In this document: positions 23,181 to 36,110 of the stretch, piece after piece
Layout: each line of letters begins with the position of its first letter
Numbering within the stretch: position 1 is the stretch's first letter
Source of the DNA: Callorhinchus milii
Taxonomy: Eukaryota
DNA length: 64,000 nt
Direction: 5' to 3'
NCBI RefSeq assembly: GCF_018977255.1
Contig: NW_024704742.1
Coordinates: 60,824,001 to 60,888,000 of the forward strand
Notes under the pieces: model-generated
The model's database searches: none
Told to the model about the DNA's origin: nothing
What the model saw: the letters and a program-made list of their open reading frames with translations, nothing else
Made by a program: the position numbers and the translations under genes

Positions 23181-24309
23181 AGCACTTATCTTATCAGTAT
23201 TATTAACTTTTAAAGTTTAGCTGTTCCTCAATTCAGCACATAGATATATATAAAGTGGTCAGAGCAAATTTGGCACTGGCAAGCTCAATAGCTGCAGCAA
23301 CCACTCTTTGGATGAGATAATTTTACCAAAGTCAGAGAGAGGTTGCACCATGGTAGTTACAGAAAAGGATATTCTCAGAATGTTCCACACATTTCACACA
23401 TCACACATTTCACCCTGTTGTGTGTTCCAGTGAGACAAAGGTTAACAGACTATCTTCCTTGAGGGGAGGTAAGCAGGATCTCTGAAGCTGAAAACTGGCT
23501 CCAAGGTAACATACTTGGCAACAAAATGTTGAAATCGAGTCAAACAACTGTGAATCAAACAACTTTGGTTACTCTTAAGCATGGTGATAAGTTTTAGTAT
23601 GTGTCAGAACCACCGACTGACTGACTGACCACATTGTTGGGTATTGTGCAGAATCCATTCACTCATATGGCCCTGGGATACGGAATCTAACCAGTTTCCC
23701 TTTACATACATATTTATTTTGTCAATTTTGGTCACAGAACTGGAGCAGGTATCTCTGACTAATACCTAGCTTTGTGATTCCTGGAACAATAGAAGGAATT
23801 CCAACCAGACTTCCTGTTTTGAATATGGCATTATATCATTGGAAAAAGCTTTGTGCAGTTGTCACACAGTCGAAGGCAGAACTTGAAGGACTAAATCTAC
23901 ACAAACTATGCCATGTGAACCAGGCATCTGGGGAAACGGTTTATGAGTCACCCCACCTTCAACAAGTAAAGAAACATTACATTCCAGCACCATTCATTGT
24001 CATTTTTGTATTTCCATTGAATGAATAACCGCTCACACCCCAGTCCTTTTGACTTAGATGTTTTGCTCACAATGAACAAATTGTTGACTGGGCTTAGGAA
24101 AAAGACAAGCAGCCAAATTTCCACTTCAGCCCAGCCCTCTATAAAGCCTCTATGAAGCTTTAAATACATAGGAATATATTTTGATATTTAAAGTGATTGC
24201 ATAATTTGTCAGCTGGTTTTCATTTTGTGTGAGATGATGACAATAAGACCAGAAGAAGTGAGAAGCAGCTTTATTAGGCTGACGCCCATCCTCTGTGGCA
24301 AGGCTTAGG

Positions 24310-24426
24310 CAATATAATAATAATAATCCTTGGTTTTGATACAGCGCTTTATCACGTCTTCTAGATGTCTCAAAGCACTTCACAGAATATATTGTTAAGT
24401 GAATTGACTGTATATTTGTGGGTGAA
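24310..24426 (-). mobile_element. SINE 3' tail fragment abutting the young SINE
   Basis: (TAA)n CCTTGG..GCGCTTTATCACGTCTTCTAGATGTCTCAAAGC. Confidence 0.85.
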
Positions 24427-24749
24427 ATAATAATAATAATAATAATCCTTGCATTTGATATAGCGCTTTTCACGTCAGGAGGACGTCCCAAAGCGCTTCA
24501 CAGAACACACTGTAAAGTGAATTGACTGTATATTTGTGGGCGAACGCGGCAGCCAATTGCGCACAGCAATGTCCCACAAACAGTCGTAGATTGAAAATGA
24601 CCAATTTGTTATTGTTTTTGTTTTTGGAGGGATTATTATTAGGCGTGTGGAGTAAGGAAACTTGCCCAAGGTTTCGCCCTGCCTGGAATTGAACTCAGGT
24701 CTCCCACTTGCAAAGCGAGTGCTCTAACCACTGAGCTACAGGACTCCAC
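24427..24749 (-). mobile_element. Young tRNA-headed SINE, full length
   Basis: Near-identical to 17889-18210 in reverse complement. Confidence 0.95.
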
Positions 24750-24969
24750 GCAGCATGCAGCAGCCTATTGCAGCAGCCTATTGCACACAACAGTGTCCCA
24801 CAAACAGTTGAGGATTGAGTGACCGAATTATTATTATTATTTTTTTGAGCTATTATTATCCACAGAAAAGTGATCATATAATTTCCATAGCACCTATTTT
24901 TTCACCAAGTTTGGAAAGGGAGAAAAAACAGATAAATCTGTGGTCATTCATGTTGTTTTGATATGTAAT

Positions 24970-25235
24970 CATCCTTGTATTTGATATAGTACTTTATCAC
25001 AATGTCAAAATACCTCAAATCAAGTCACAGGTTTCAGTGTAGTCAGGAGAATGCGGCAATCAATTTGCACCACAACAATTCCCAATAAAATACCATGAAG
25101 GAAATGGCAAATTTGATCTGGTGGATTGTCAGTCAGGACACCAGGAGAAACGCCCTTCTGTTTTCTGATAGTGCCACGGATCTTTAACATCCACCTGAAC
25201 AGGGAGACAGGACTTTGGTTTAACATCTCATCTAA
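24970..25235 (-). mobile_element. Deu-domain SINE (old)
   Basis: GTGCCACGGATCTTTAACATCCACCTGAAC..GGTTTAACATCTCATC. Confidence 0.8.
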
Positions 25236-26859
25236 AGAATAAGATGACTGGATATGCGAAGCAATTGTGTGTTTTGATGAGATTCACTTCATCACATCAC
25301 ATGCTTGAGAAGAAATCTCTCAAACCCTTTTATCCCATGAAAAAACAGCCTCTTTAATTAAAAATACTGCACTCAGATACACTCAATTTATCATTCAGGC
25401 ACTGTTCTCCGTCTCCTTAATTAACTATTTTTTACTCGTCCAAAATTTATTTTGACTTCTTTCTCAAAGGGTTAAAAGCATGGAGCCCATGAGAATGTGA
25501 AAAAGTGACATGATGTATTTGGACAGTGTGAATTCTGCTCCAGCTCACTGCAAACTGATGGCAGAGGTCAGGTACTCTGAATTCTGCTCTCCTACTGAAC
25601 CCCAAGACTCAAGTGCTCTGCTCCACATGGAGTAATATAAATTATAATACATTTAACACAGTTGATACTTGAGACCCTCTGTGTCAAAAAACGAATACCC
25701 TGAATTTCGCACCTTTTCGCAGCTCTAGTTTTGTTTTGCTCACATCGTTCCGTTCTTTAAATTCAATTGCAACCTAGTCTGGTAAATATCTGCCACAATT
25801 TATCAAAAACAAAGTTCATTAGCTGCCTCTCTTTTGCTAAAGCCTCATTAAAGTGTACACTCCCACATTCCGATTGGGAGTCAGTTCTGGCACAATTTGA
25901 TCATTAGCATAAAAGGGTATCTCCTTTGAAAATACTCCTTCAGATTCTTTCGCCTATTACAAACAGAGGTCAGGTCCCCCTTGGTTCATACTTTATTTCT
26001 TTTTTCAGTTCACATAGAGATTAAAACAATTCTGGGTCATAATACCTGCCACTCACTGGCTCTTATTGTGTGAGTGCCCCTGTTTGGGTTTGCTAAGCTA
26101 ATCAGTCAGCTGTCAAATGCCATAAAAGGGTCCTGGACAAACTCGGTTCTGATCTGTGCTTTGGCCAATGAAAATGTGTCAGCAATACTTCAGCATGACA
26201 ACAAGCTATTTCAAATGACTAACATCCACTTGAAATGCTAGTATTTTAATTAAACCAACAATTCTCTTTCTCTTTCACCACCCTGGACAAAAAATAGCAC
26301 ATTTTGTGAATACTCGGTTACAACATGTGTACCAGGGCTCCCAAAACCACAGCATCATCATATCCTGATATCCAGAAACACTTTAAAAGATTAGTTGTTA
26401 AACAATTATATTAATGTGGCTTTTTTTCTCAACATCTCCCATTTTCCTCTCAAAAAAGAAAAACCTTCCATTCAAGTAATGATCAGGGTAAAGGGTTAAT
26501 TGAACAAAAGGTATCGTGAAAGTTGTTCAGTTTCCCCAGGCTACATTTTTACCCTTTAAAGATGGCTTGCAGTTTGTTCGCACTCTGCTACCCATTAAAG
26601 GATATAATGGTGTCTCGGTTTGCAAAATGAACATTAAATCCTGGATGATTTATTGTGATCAAGGTTTTAAGCAAGCCTTTTTAGAATGTTTTGACAAGTA
26701 ATGTGTGACTAAGTAAACAGTGCAGTCATTTATAAGTCACCACTACAGGATCAATTGATTTGTCAAAACAGTGTGAATCAGGAACAAACAAGACAAACAG
26801 AACACTTGGTTAACCTGACAAATCAGTTGAGTTCAGATCTCTAGCATTCATGCTCAAGC

Positions 26860-27220
26860 CATACATTGATACATAGAATCTGCAACACTGAACCAGGCTA
26901 TTTGGTCCAACTCGTCTGTGCCCCTGTTTGTATTCCACTTGAACCTCCACCGCTCTTAACCCACGCTCCTCTATTGCTTCTTTCACATTTATGCATTGAG
27001 TTTCTTTTTAAATGCATTGATGCTTTCTGCTTCAACCTCTGTCAATGAGCTCACCAGCTTCCTTATAAAGGAATTCCTCCTGAAAGCTCTTATTATATCT
27101 ATTAGTGGCTATCTTTACATTTGTGCTCCCTGTTAAGGTTTCGACAACAAGTGGAAATAATCTATTTATGTTCACCTTATCAAGCCCCTTTCATAATTTT
27201 AAATACCTCTATCAGGTCTA
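26860..27220 (-). mobile_element. Degenerate CR1 3' fragment
   Basis: CATAGAATC..AGGCTATTTGGTCCAAC; TTCATAATTTTAAATACCTCTATCAGGTC (antisense of DLIEVFKIM). Confidence 0.7.
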
Positions 27221-29124
27221 TGTAATGGCAGTGATATGTTTTTCATTACAATGAGTTATTAACTCATGATTGCTAAACAGCAGATAGTTTGTTAGGTCAA
27301 AGAGTTCAAACTATTGTCAGCTTATTTTTTAACAGACATTAAGATTGTGCAACTGAGTCAAAATGCCTGGCCACAAATCTCAACTACAACTTAGTGTGCC
27401 CTTCATGCAGGTTAGTGTCACGGAAGCAGCATAGAAACTTTCCTGGACACAAATCAAAGATAATTATTCTGCACACAGACATATTTTTACAGAAGCTTTT
27501 AATGTGTGACATGGAGACACTATTTCAGTGATGTCACTTTGATCTTGTGAAAAGGTTACATTGATATAGTACTCTTCACTCAGGTAATGTCTCAGAGCGC
27601 TTAACTTGATTTTGTGAGATGATTGTATTAAATGTCTAAAAATCGATCTCCACCTAAAAATATATGTTTTCACTGCACCTTTGGTCACCTCCCCTCACCA
27701 CCCTTCTCCCTTGCTGAATGTCCAGCGCCTTGGGAAGTCCTCCTGATGCGAAAGGCACTATACAAATGTAATTTGTTGTTATTTATTGTTGTCTAACCTG
27801 GTCATTGTAAAGCCCTCCAAGCCATTATCCTATGTGAAGAACACTATATAAATGCAAAAAAACAACGAAAGGTTCTAACGAAAGGTCATCGAGCTGAAGC
27901 ATTAACCCACTTTTCTCTCTCCATAGATGCTGCCTGACCTGCTGAATGTTCCCAGTGACTTCTGATTTTATTTCTATATAAATGCAAGTTATTGTTGTCA
28001 GTGTTCTTGTGTTTCACTTGTTTAGAGATTGTTAATCAATTGTGAGAATGAACTGGTTTCTTTTGCCTTACAGTCAAATATTTTCAAGATGCATCCCCAT
28101 ATTTGATCAACTTTATTGTTACCAACTTCACATTGACTGGATACCTACAGTGAATGGTGGAATACAATGTCCAATTCCTTTTCCTTTTCCATCATTCCTG
28201 GTGAATACCTTTTCATTGTGTGCAGATGCTTCTTATCTCGTTAGACTGTACATGACCTAATATTTATTCGCATTAAAATTCATTTGCATTCCTTTGTTTA
28301 TTTGCTTAATTTACTAGATCTTTGTGAATATCTTCTTTACATTTGTCACTGGTCACAAAATTCAAGAAAGGTTTTCCTACAAAATGAATTTTCCAAGAAT
28401 TAGTGTGAATAGCTGAGAAGTCAGATAAGTCTTTGTAGAACTTTGCTGATTTCTACCCTTTGATGGAGCTTTGTCCATTTATCACCATCTCTGTTTCCTA
28501 AGACACTTTTCAATCCAGCTAACTATTTTGGTAATCCTTTGATGAGTCTTTCTTCAAAAGTCTTGCTTGCGCAATTTTATCACATGCCTTTTGATGTTAT
28601 ACAAACTATATAGCTTTCATCCATCAAATTCTTTAAAACATCAAGCACAGAATAATCGACCTCGCAAGAGATTTACAACCATATATAATACTTGATTCAC
28701 AAATGATAAAAGAGGGAAACCGTTTTAGACTGTGTATTTGTTGATTTGGCCAAAGCTTATTATATTATTGAAATTCTGAAAACATCTGTTTCTAAACTAT
28801 AGATATACAATGAAGAGAACAATACATTAGGCCTGTTGAGTTTGCAGGCATTAGGTTTAAATTCAAGAATAAGAGGAAAGGAATCATTTAAAACAGAAGT
28901 AGGAATAAAACTATTATTACCCTGTAAGTAAGAAATAAAAATAATTGTCTGGCCTGTAAATGCCTGTAATTTTCTAATATGCAGTCTTTTGTTTCTCTTG
29001 CCAATTTTTACCTCTCCTCCCAAGTCTCCTGAAGACACAAGGGTGCTGGACTCATTTAGAAAAAAAGCTTATGTTGTGATGGGGTGACAATAGTGTGGGC
29101 GTTCTGGTAAGTTGAGATCAAATG

Positions 29125-29460
29125 ATATCAGCCTGGCACAGTTGGTAGCATGCTCGCTTCTGAATCAGAATGTTGTGGGTTCAAGCCCCGTGTTAGAGAT
29201 TTTGAACTCACATAAGTCTAATTGCCATGCCAATGCAATGCTGGGGGTTCACTGCATTGATGGAGGTGTTGTCCTTTGCATGAGATCTTAAAACAGAGGT
29301 CCTATCTGCCTTTGATATAGTGCCTCAAAAGCACTTCACATGATTTAATGTAAAGTGTAGTGACTATGTATTTTGCAGACGAACATGGCAGCCAATTTGC
29401 CACAGCAATGCCCCACAAACAGCCATGCAGTGAATGACAAATTTTATCCGGGGACTGCTA
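29125..29460. mobile_element. Deu-SINE 5' half (+) joined to an opposed SINE 3' half (-)
   Basis: CAGTTGGTAGCA..GTTGTGGGTTCAAGCCCC..GGAGGTGTTGTCCTTT, then TTTGATATAGTGCC..GCAGCCAATTTGC. Confidence 0.75.
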
Positions 29461-30816
29461 GTCAAGTCACTTTGTTGATCTGACGCTCTGTTGCTCTGAA
29501 TGACCTCAATTGAAGTCTCATCTGAGGGACACCAATAATGCTACAATATCAAATCTCTCTGTAGAAATGTGTGTTTCCAGCTCATTAATTTTACTTGTTA
29601 TACTTTGTACTTTCCAACATTCCTATAAGCCATCAGTAAAGCCTGCACTCGTTTTGTTAATTTCCTTTTTCTCAATTCTGTGCTGCTCCTTCCCTTATAT
29701 AAAGTTCATAGAATACAATGTGAAGAGGGACTAAGCTGTTCCTCTTACAACCAGCTTGCTCACCCTTACACAAAGCATCTGCTGGCTCCCTAATGTTGTC
29801 ACTACCAAGGAGACGAAAATACCATCTCAGCCTTGACCAGCGCAAGCCCTTAATTAGCACTGGTGCAAAACAGTGTTGTATTGTTGGATCAAGAGGAACA
29901 TTTTGTCCATGATTTCTTAAGTATACATATTCAAAGCCAAATCTTTGGAAAGTCGGGCTTTGGAATGTACGATGCACTGGATATTTTGCATGGAAAAAAA
30001 AACAAAGCCTGAGGTTAGCATAGTGCAGCTGACATTGTTAACAAATGCCTGTGATTCATCTCTGTAACGTGGTTAATTTATTCTGTGAATTTCCTGGCCG
30101 CGAAAAGAAAATACCCTATGCATTTAGAGATTGTAAATTTGAGAGGAAAAAAACGTAAGAATCAGCTGGAGCAGTAATAGGCCATTTGCAAAGGCTAATT
30201 TTCACAAAAAAATGATAATTTATGTAGGTGACATAAATGTAGTCTGCTTAATAATACATTTCATATAGTGCTTTATCACATTGTCGAGACATCTCTAAAC
30301 GCTTCATAGGATTTTACTGTGAAGTGTAGTGTAGGCAAGTGTGGCAGCCAATTTGCACACAGCATAAGTAGCACACAGTATTCCCATAAATAGCCATTAA
30401 GTGAGGACCAATTTTATCTGGGCGAATGTTGGCCATGTCACCTGAGAATCTATCTTCTCTTTTTGAATAGTGGAATCTTTACATGCTAAAGTATTGGGAA
30501 CTGCTCCTTGTTATAAGTATTTTTCTGTCATATTTCAACACCCATTAGACATTTATGTACACAAATTGTGGTTTCTACACAAATACCTATTTGTTTAACT
30601 TTCCTGTGGACTTTCACACTAAATTTAGAACTTTAATATATTTCTATTAAATTCACTGTTTAATACAATGTTATTTCCTATACATTTGCTATATCTTTAA
30701 CTTGGAAAATATTCAATTTAATCAAATGACAAAGAAGAGATTTATACAATCAAAAAGATTCACTGGGACAATCTATCATTATTGTTTATTGTGTCTCCTG
30801 AAATTATTTAGATTAC

Positions 30817-31197
30817 AATAATAATAATAATAATGCTTGCATTTGGCATCGCGCCTTATTACTTTGTCGAGACATCTCAAAGCACTTCACAAGATATAAT
30901 AGTCCTTGCATTTGATACAGCACCTTATCAAGTCTTTGAGATATTTCAAAGCGCTTCACAGAATACACTGTAAAGTGGACTGACTGTATTTTGTGGGCAA
31001 AACATGGCAGCTAGTTGCACACAGCAACGTTCCACAAACAGCCATGGAGTGAGTGACCATTTTTTTAATTTGGGAAATTGTTGGCCAGAACACCGGGAGA
31101 AACCTTCGCCTTCTCTTTTCGAATACATACCATGGGATCTTTAACGTCAACCCGAATGGGCAGACAGGTCCTCGATTTGTTTCATCAGAATGACGGA
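30817..31197 (-). mobile_element. Deu-domain SINE preceded by a second SINE tail
   Basis: Two TTGCATTTG tails (~30838, ~30906); core CCATGGGATCTTTAACGTC. Confidence 0.8.
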
Positions 31198-31894
31198 TTT
31201 AGATGGAATAATCTAAATCAACCATCATTGTTTTAATGGTTTAGTTAACTATGGAAATGATGTGAACAACATTCTATGTAAAAAAATTAGAAGTTCAACA
31301 TACTTAGGGATGTCTGCTCTTTATTCAGTAACAACTAGAAGGATGTACATCCTATAATTTATAGCCAAAGGCAAAAATACTGCATTCTGATAGATTCTAA
31401 CCTTGAACTGTTAAATCCTAATTCATGTGCTGCGCTACTGAATAATATCTTCTTAGCAGCTAACCCTAATGCTTTATAACTTGCCTCTTGCTCAGTGACT
31501 TAATGTAATAAGACAGTAGTAGAATATAACATTAGTGAAATGATTTTATAAGACTTGAAGACTATTTTATGACTTACCCTATGCTAAGGATCATGCCTCA
31601 GACACTCCAAAAGTAACCTTTCCTATGAATGTTCTTTAGTGGAGGTGCACTTTACGCATGTTTTCACCTATTAGTACTATGTATTTGTAGGTGAATGTGG
31701 CAGCCAATTTGCACACAGCAATGTCTCACAAACAGCTATGAAGTGAATGACCCAATTTTCTTGAGGAATTGTCAGCTAGCATAGGAATTTTAACATCCAC
31801 CTGAACAGCCAGATGAAACTTTGGTTTAACCTTTTGTCTATTGGTTGGCATCTTCAATAATGCAGCATTTCTCCTGCGCTGTATTATAACCATG

Positions 31895-32460
31895 GCACCA
31901 TAGACATTTGTAGCCTAGAAGAAGGCCATTTAACTCATTGTGTCAGCTCCCTCAAGAGCAATCCTTTCAGTCCCACTTACTTGCCTTTCCCCACACCCCT
32001 GTAGCTGACTCTTTATAAGGTTTCTGCCTAGTTCCCTCTTGAAGGGCAATATGGATTTTGCCTCAACTACCACTTCCAGTCGGGCATTCCATATCATAAC
32101 TACTCTGTGAAAAATGTCTCCTAACATCCCCATTTGCTCATTTACTAACTGCCTCAAATTGATGCCCTCCAGTTACTGGTTCTCCAACCAGTGGAAGTAA
32201 TGTCTCCCTATTGACGATATCAAAACCCCTCATAATTTGAAAGATCACCCCTCAACCTTCTTTGTCCCATCAATAAAAAATCCCCAGTTCCTGTCTCCAT
32301 TCATAGGCCAAACTGATCATCCATGGTATCATCCTAGTAAATCTCCTCTGCAACCCCTCTATCGCCTTGATGTCTTTCCTAAAATGGGCTGACCAATACT
32401 GGTTACAACATTCTAACTGAGATCTAACTAAAGATTTATATAAATTTAGCATTAACTCTT
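31895..32460 (-). mobile_element. CR1 3' fragment
   Basis: LNLYKSLVRSQLECCNQYWSAHFRKDIKAIEGLQRRFTRMIP; RVVMIWN...FKRELG. Confidence 0.9.
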
Positions 32461-33459
32461 TGGAGCGTCAGCCCAAGACGATGTGAGTTTCATGTCCAGA
32501 TATTGGCTAGAACACAGCTTTTGTGATTCAGAGAGAGGGTTCTACCAACTGAGCCAAGCTTGCACTAAATATATTTTGTACAGAATGTCCATTTCATATC
32601 TGTTTAGAGAAACAAACTACAATGTGCAGAGTCACTACTGCCATTCATGAGGTGACCTCACGTGCACTTCGAGAACTGCATATTGCTCACTTTCCCTAAC
32701 TGACTGTGACTGCCAGTGTTAGTTCAGCCTATTAGAACATCTATAGTTAAAATCATTCTATCATTCAAACGGTATAGACAGAAAGAAGAATGTCTCTGTT
32801 CCTCGCTGTCTACCTTGGATTATTGTATTGCCAAATTAACTCACATCACAAAACAAATCTTGTCTGTTAATAAAGTATACCAACTAGTGGGTTCAATTAT
32901 TTGATCTTGCATCAGACAAATCCACAAACCAATGATCGCCCACTGGCTGTTGTTCTGCTTGCCAGACGCAGCAGTGAGGTGTGATGAAATAATCTTGTAA
33001 AATCTAGAAGTCTTATCTCCTGAAAATAAAGCACAACCAAAGATATAGATCTTAAGATGGATGTTTGAAGGCTGGGTGGGAGGCAAAGGAGTTCCATTGG
33101 CATCGGAGTGTCTGGTTAGTGAGATATTAGGAATGGAGTGACTGGTTAGTGAGATATCAGCTGGACTGAAGTAAAACAATTCCGAAATAGAAAAGATAGT
33201 ATAGCTAGGTTAGAGAGGAAAATGGTCAAATTATTTAATAAATGTAGGGCAGAGAATTGGAAAGAAGACAGCATTGAGAGGAAGAACGGAATCTATGTTT
33301 GCTATTTGAGTATATCAAGTATATCAATCTTTTTTTTTAACCTTCAAGTTGTTCTCTTCCCATGGTGGAAGACACCAAGACAGAGATCCCAGGACTTCAC
33401 CACAAGGTGATTATTCATGTGGCAGTGGAGAGAGTGACTCTGGGCAGGTCATTCTATCA

Positions 33460-33680
33460 TAAGGAGCGTCAGAGCTAATCTTTCCTTCCCCCTAACATCC
33501 ACACATACACAGCAGGACACACTAGATGGCGACCATGAGCAGGAAACTGTTGCAGGTTATTTTTTCTTTCCTATCTGAGTAGCACTGAAGCCAACTCTCA
33601 CACTACCACTGCTGCTTCAGGTGAAATCAATTCACCAAACATAGACCAGGGATAGAAGCAAAGACCATATTGGCCTATAT
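33460..33680 (-). mobile_element. Possible degenerate SINE (Meta-domain-like, tentative)
   Basis: AACATCCACACATACAC..GAGCAGGAAAC..GCACTGAAGCCAA..CACTGCTGC..AGACCAGGGATAGAA resembles an antisense chondrichthyan SINE as I recall it. Confidence 0.4.
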
Positions 33681-34369
33681 TTACAGCACTTCTAGACAGT
33701 ATCCTACATAAAAGGTGTTACTTATAAGTGCGAGTTGTTTTGACATATTTGAGCAGCTTCATTGCTGTAATATTACAGAATGGTTTGTAGCAGCATCCCA
33801 TTTAGTGTGTAAGCTGCAAACTTAAGAAACGGTAGTCTATTCAGGAGAAATGGAAATTGTGCTATTGTTCCCTGCAATAAAAGGGACAACTTCCTCCCTC
33901 CAGGTACACTTTTTTCATTTTTTGTAAGTAGTGAAGATCTTTGCAAGCAAAGGCATACTTAAAAGGAAGGTGAGTTATTTAAAATATATATTTCCAACAA
34001 TAATTCCACTGTGTGCTTCTCACTACTTATGTTCCTGTACAATTGTGGATAAAATACCATGTGTTACTACACATAGGCTCAAGACTGTAGGCCCCTTGTG
34101 TGCATGGCAAAATTTTGTTTGCGTTTGTCAAGATGACAAATTTCCAGTCAAGCTAATAGTCAAACAAACTAAACATAACTGCCAACATGAAGGTGATTTT
34201 AGGTTGTTATATACTACCGGGCATGACTTCACTGAGTAGATATAATATAATAAACCTTGGATTTGATATAGCACCTTTCAGTACGATGTCTCAAAGCATT
34301 TCACAGGATTTTCTGTAAAGTGTGCATTTTGTAGGTGAACTGCATATCTGTTTTGTTCACTTAAATTAT

Positions 34370-34705
34370 TGTCTAAACTGACATTGCAATGCAGGGTTGG
34401 GGTGGGTGTTTCATTTCAGAAGTGCTGTCCTTTGGACTAGACATAAAACCGGTGTCTAGTCTATCTGTTCAGTTGGCAGATCCTATGGCACTTTCGAAAA
34501 GAGAATGGAGTTTCTCCTGGAGTCCTGGCTAACAATTCCCCAAATAAAATTGGTTACTAACTCCATGGCTGTTTGTGGGACATTGCTGTGCACGATTGCC
34601 TTCATAGCCACAGTCATTCCATTTCACAGTAATTCCTGTGAAGTGCTTTGAGTCGCCCTTGTGATGTGATAAGATGCTATACCAAATGCAACGATTATTA
34701 TTAGT
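34370..34705 (+). mobile_element. Deu-domain SINE (old); opposed SINE tail at 34245-34340
   Basis: GTGCTGTCCTTTGG..AGATCCTATGGCAC..GGCTGTTTGTGGGACATTGCTGTGCAC. Confidence 0.8.
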
Positions 34706-34924
34706 AGTATTAATTCAATTGCTTTGCTATCTTGATTCTCTATGATTCTGCATTTGTCAGACTCAAACGGTTTGAGGTGAAATGGTAAAAATGATTCCCA
34801 TTGATTGCTACATCGAAAACAACGACTTGGGTATATATAGGGCCCATCATGTAGGATAATATCTTGGATTGCTGAAAGGAGGATGATCTGAGGATTGCCA
34901 CTGGAAGAGTTAAGGGGGAGGTTC

Positions 34925-35615
34925 TACCCCACATCTGCGCCATGACCTGCTCTGCCTTCCCCCACCTCCGCAATGTCGCCCGGCTCTGACACAGTCTCAC
35001 ACTGCAGGCAGCCGAAACCCTCATACATGCCTTCATTACTTTGAGACTGAACTACGCAAACTCCCTGATTGTCAGCCTCCCCAACTCCTTCCTCCATAGG
35101 CTGCAGATCATCCAGAACACTGCAGCCCGTGTTCTCTCCCGCACCAGGCTCTGTGACCCTATCACCCCCATCCTCGCCCGACTCCACTGACTTCCCATCA
35201 CACAGAGGATACAGTTCAAGTTCCTGGTCCTCACCTTCAAAGCCCTCCACGGTCTTGCTCCCCCTACCTCTCTGACCTCCTAACCCCCTACCATCCTGTT
35301 CGATCCCTCTGATCAGCAGGCTCCGGCTTACTTCACATCCCCCGCCTTGCTTGCCCCACTATTGGCGGGCGGACCTTCCACCACTCTGCCCCCACCCTCT
35401 GGAACTCCATCCCACAATCTCTCCATCTCGCCCCCTCCCTTGCCTCCTTCAAGACCCAACTCAAGACCCTCCTCTTCGACTGTGCTTTTGATCTCCCTGC
35501 TTCCCCACCTGCCCTCAACCCTCCCCCTCCCCGACCCCCAGCTCGGGTCCGTAGCTCGTGACATCCTCCTGACATGAAAGGTACTATGCGAATGTAATTT
35601 TGTTGTTGTTGTTGG
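34925..35615 (+). mobile_element. L2 LINE 3' fragment
   Basis: GCCGAAACCCTCATACATGCCTTC, CTGCAGATCATCCAGAAC, TTCAAGTTCCTGGTCCTCACC; (TTG)n tail. Confidence 0.92.
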
Positions 35616-35624
35616 TTACAAATA

Positions 35625-36110
35625 TTTTTTATGTAGTGGACTATTAGAGCGTGAAAATTTTTCCCAAAAATAGCTATTGAGGTTGAGACCCTAATAATAC
35701 TGGAAAGGGAATTAGACCAATACAGGCAGGGCGAAACCTTGGGCAAGTTTCCTTACTCCACACGCCTAATAATAATCCCTCCAAAAAACAAAAACAATAA
35801 TTAAATTGGTCATTTTCAATCTATGACTGTTTGTGGGACATTGCTGTGCGCAATTGGCTGCCGCGTTCGCCCACAAATATACAGTCAACTCACTTTACAG
35901 TATATTCTGTGAAGCGCTTTGGGACGTCCTCCCGACGTGAAAAGCGCTATATCAAATGCAAGGATTATTATTATTATTAAAGAGAAAGAATATAAAAAGG
36001 ATACAGGGAAAGAGCAGAAAATTGGAATTAGTGCAGTAAACCGCAATGGATGAGCTGGAACCACTTTGGACAGGATCAAGTGAAAAGCCTGAAATTTCTA
36101 TGATTCTTTG
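35625..36110 (+). mobile_element. Degenerate CR1 3' end interrupted by a young SINE
   Basis: GAAAGGGAATTAGACCAATAC | TTAAAGAGAAAGAATATAAAAAGGATACAGGGAAAGAGCAG rejoins as RELDQYLKRKNI; tail CTATGATTCT. Confidence 0.65.
35723..35978 (+). mobile_element. Young SINE, 5'-truncated in the tRNA T-arm
   Basis: Begins CAGGCAGGGCGAAACCTTGGG; remainder near-identical to full-length copies. Confidence 0.95.
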
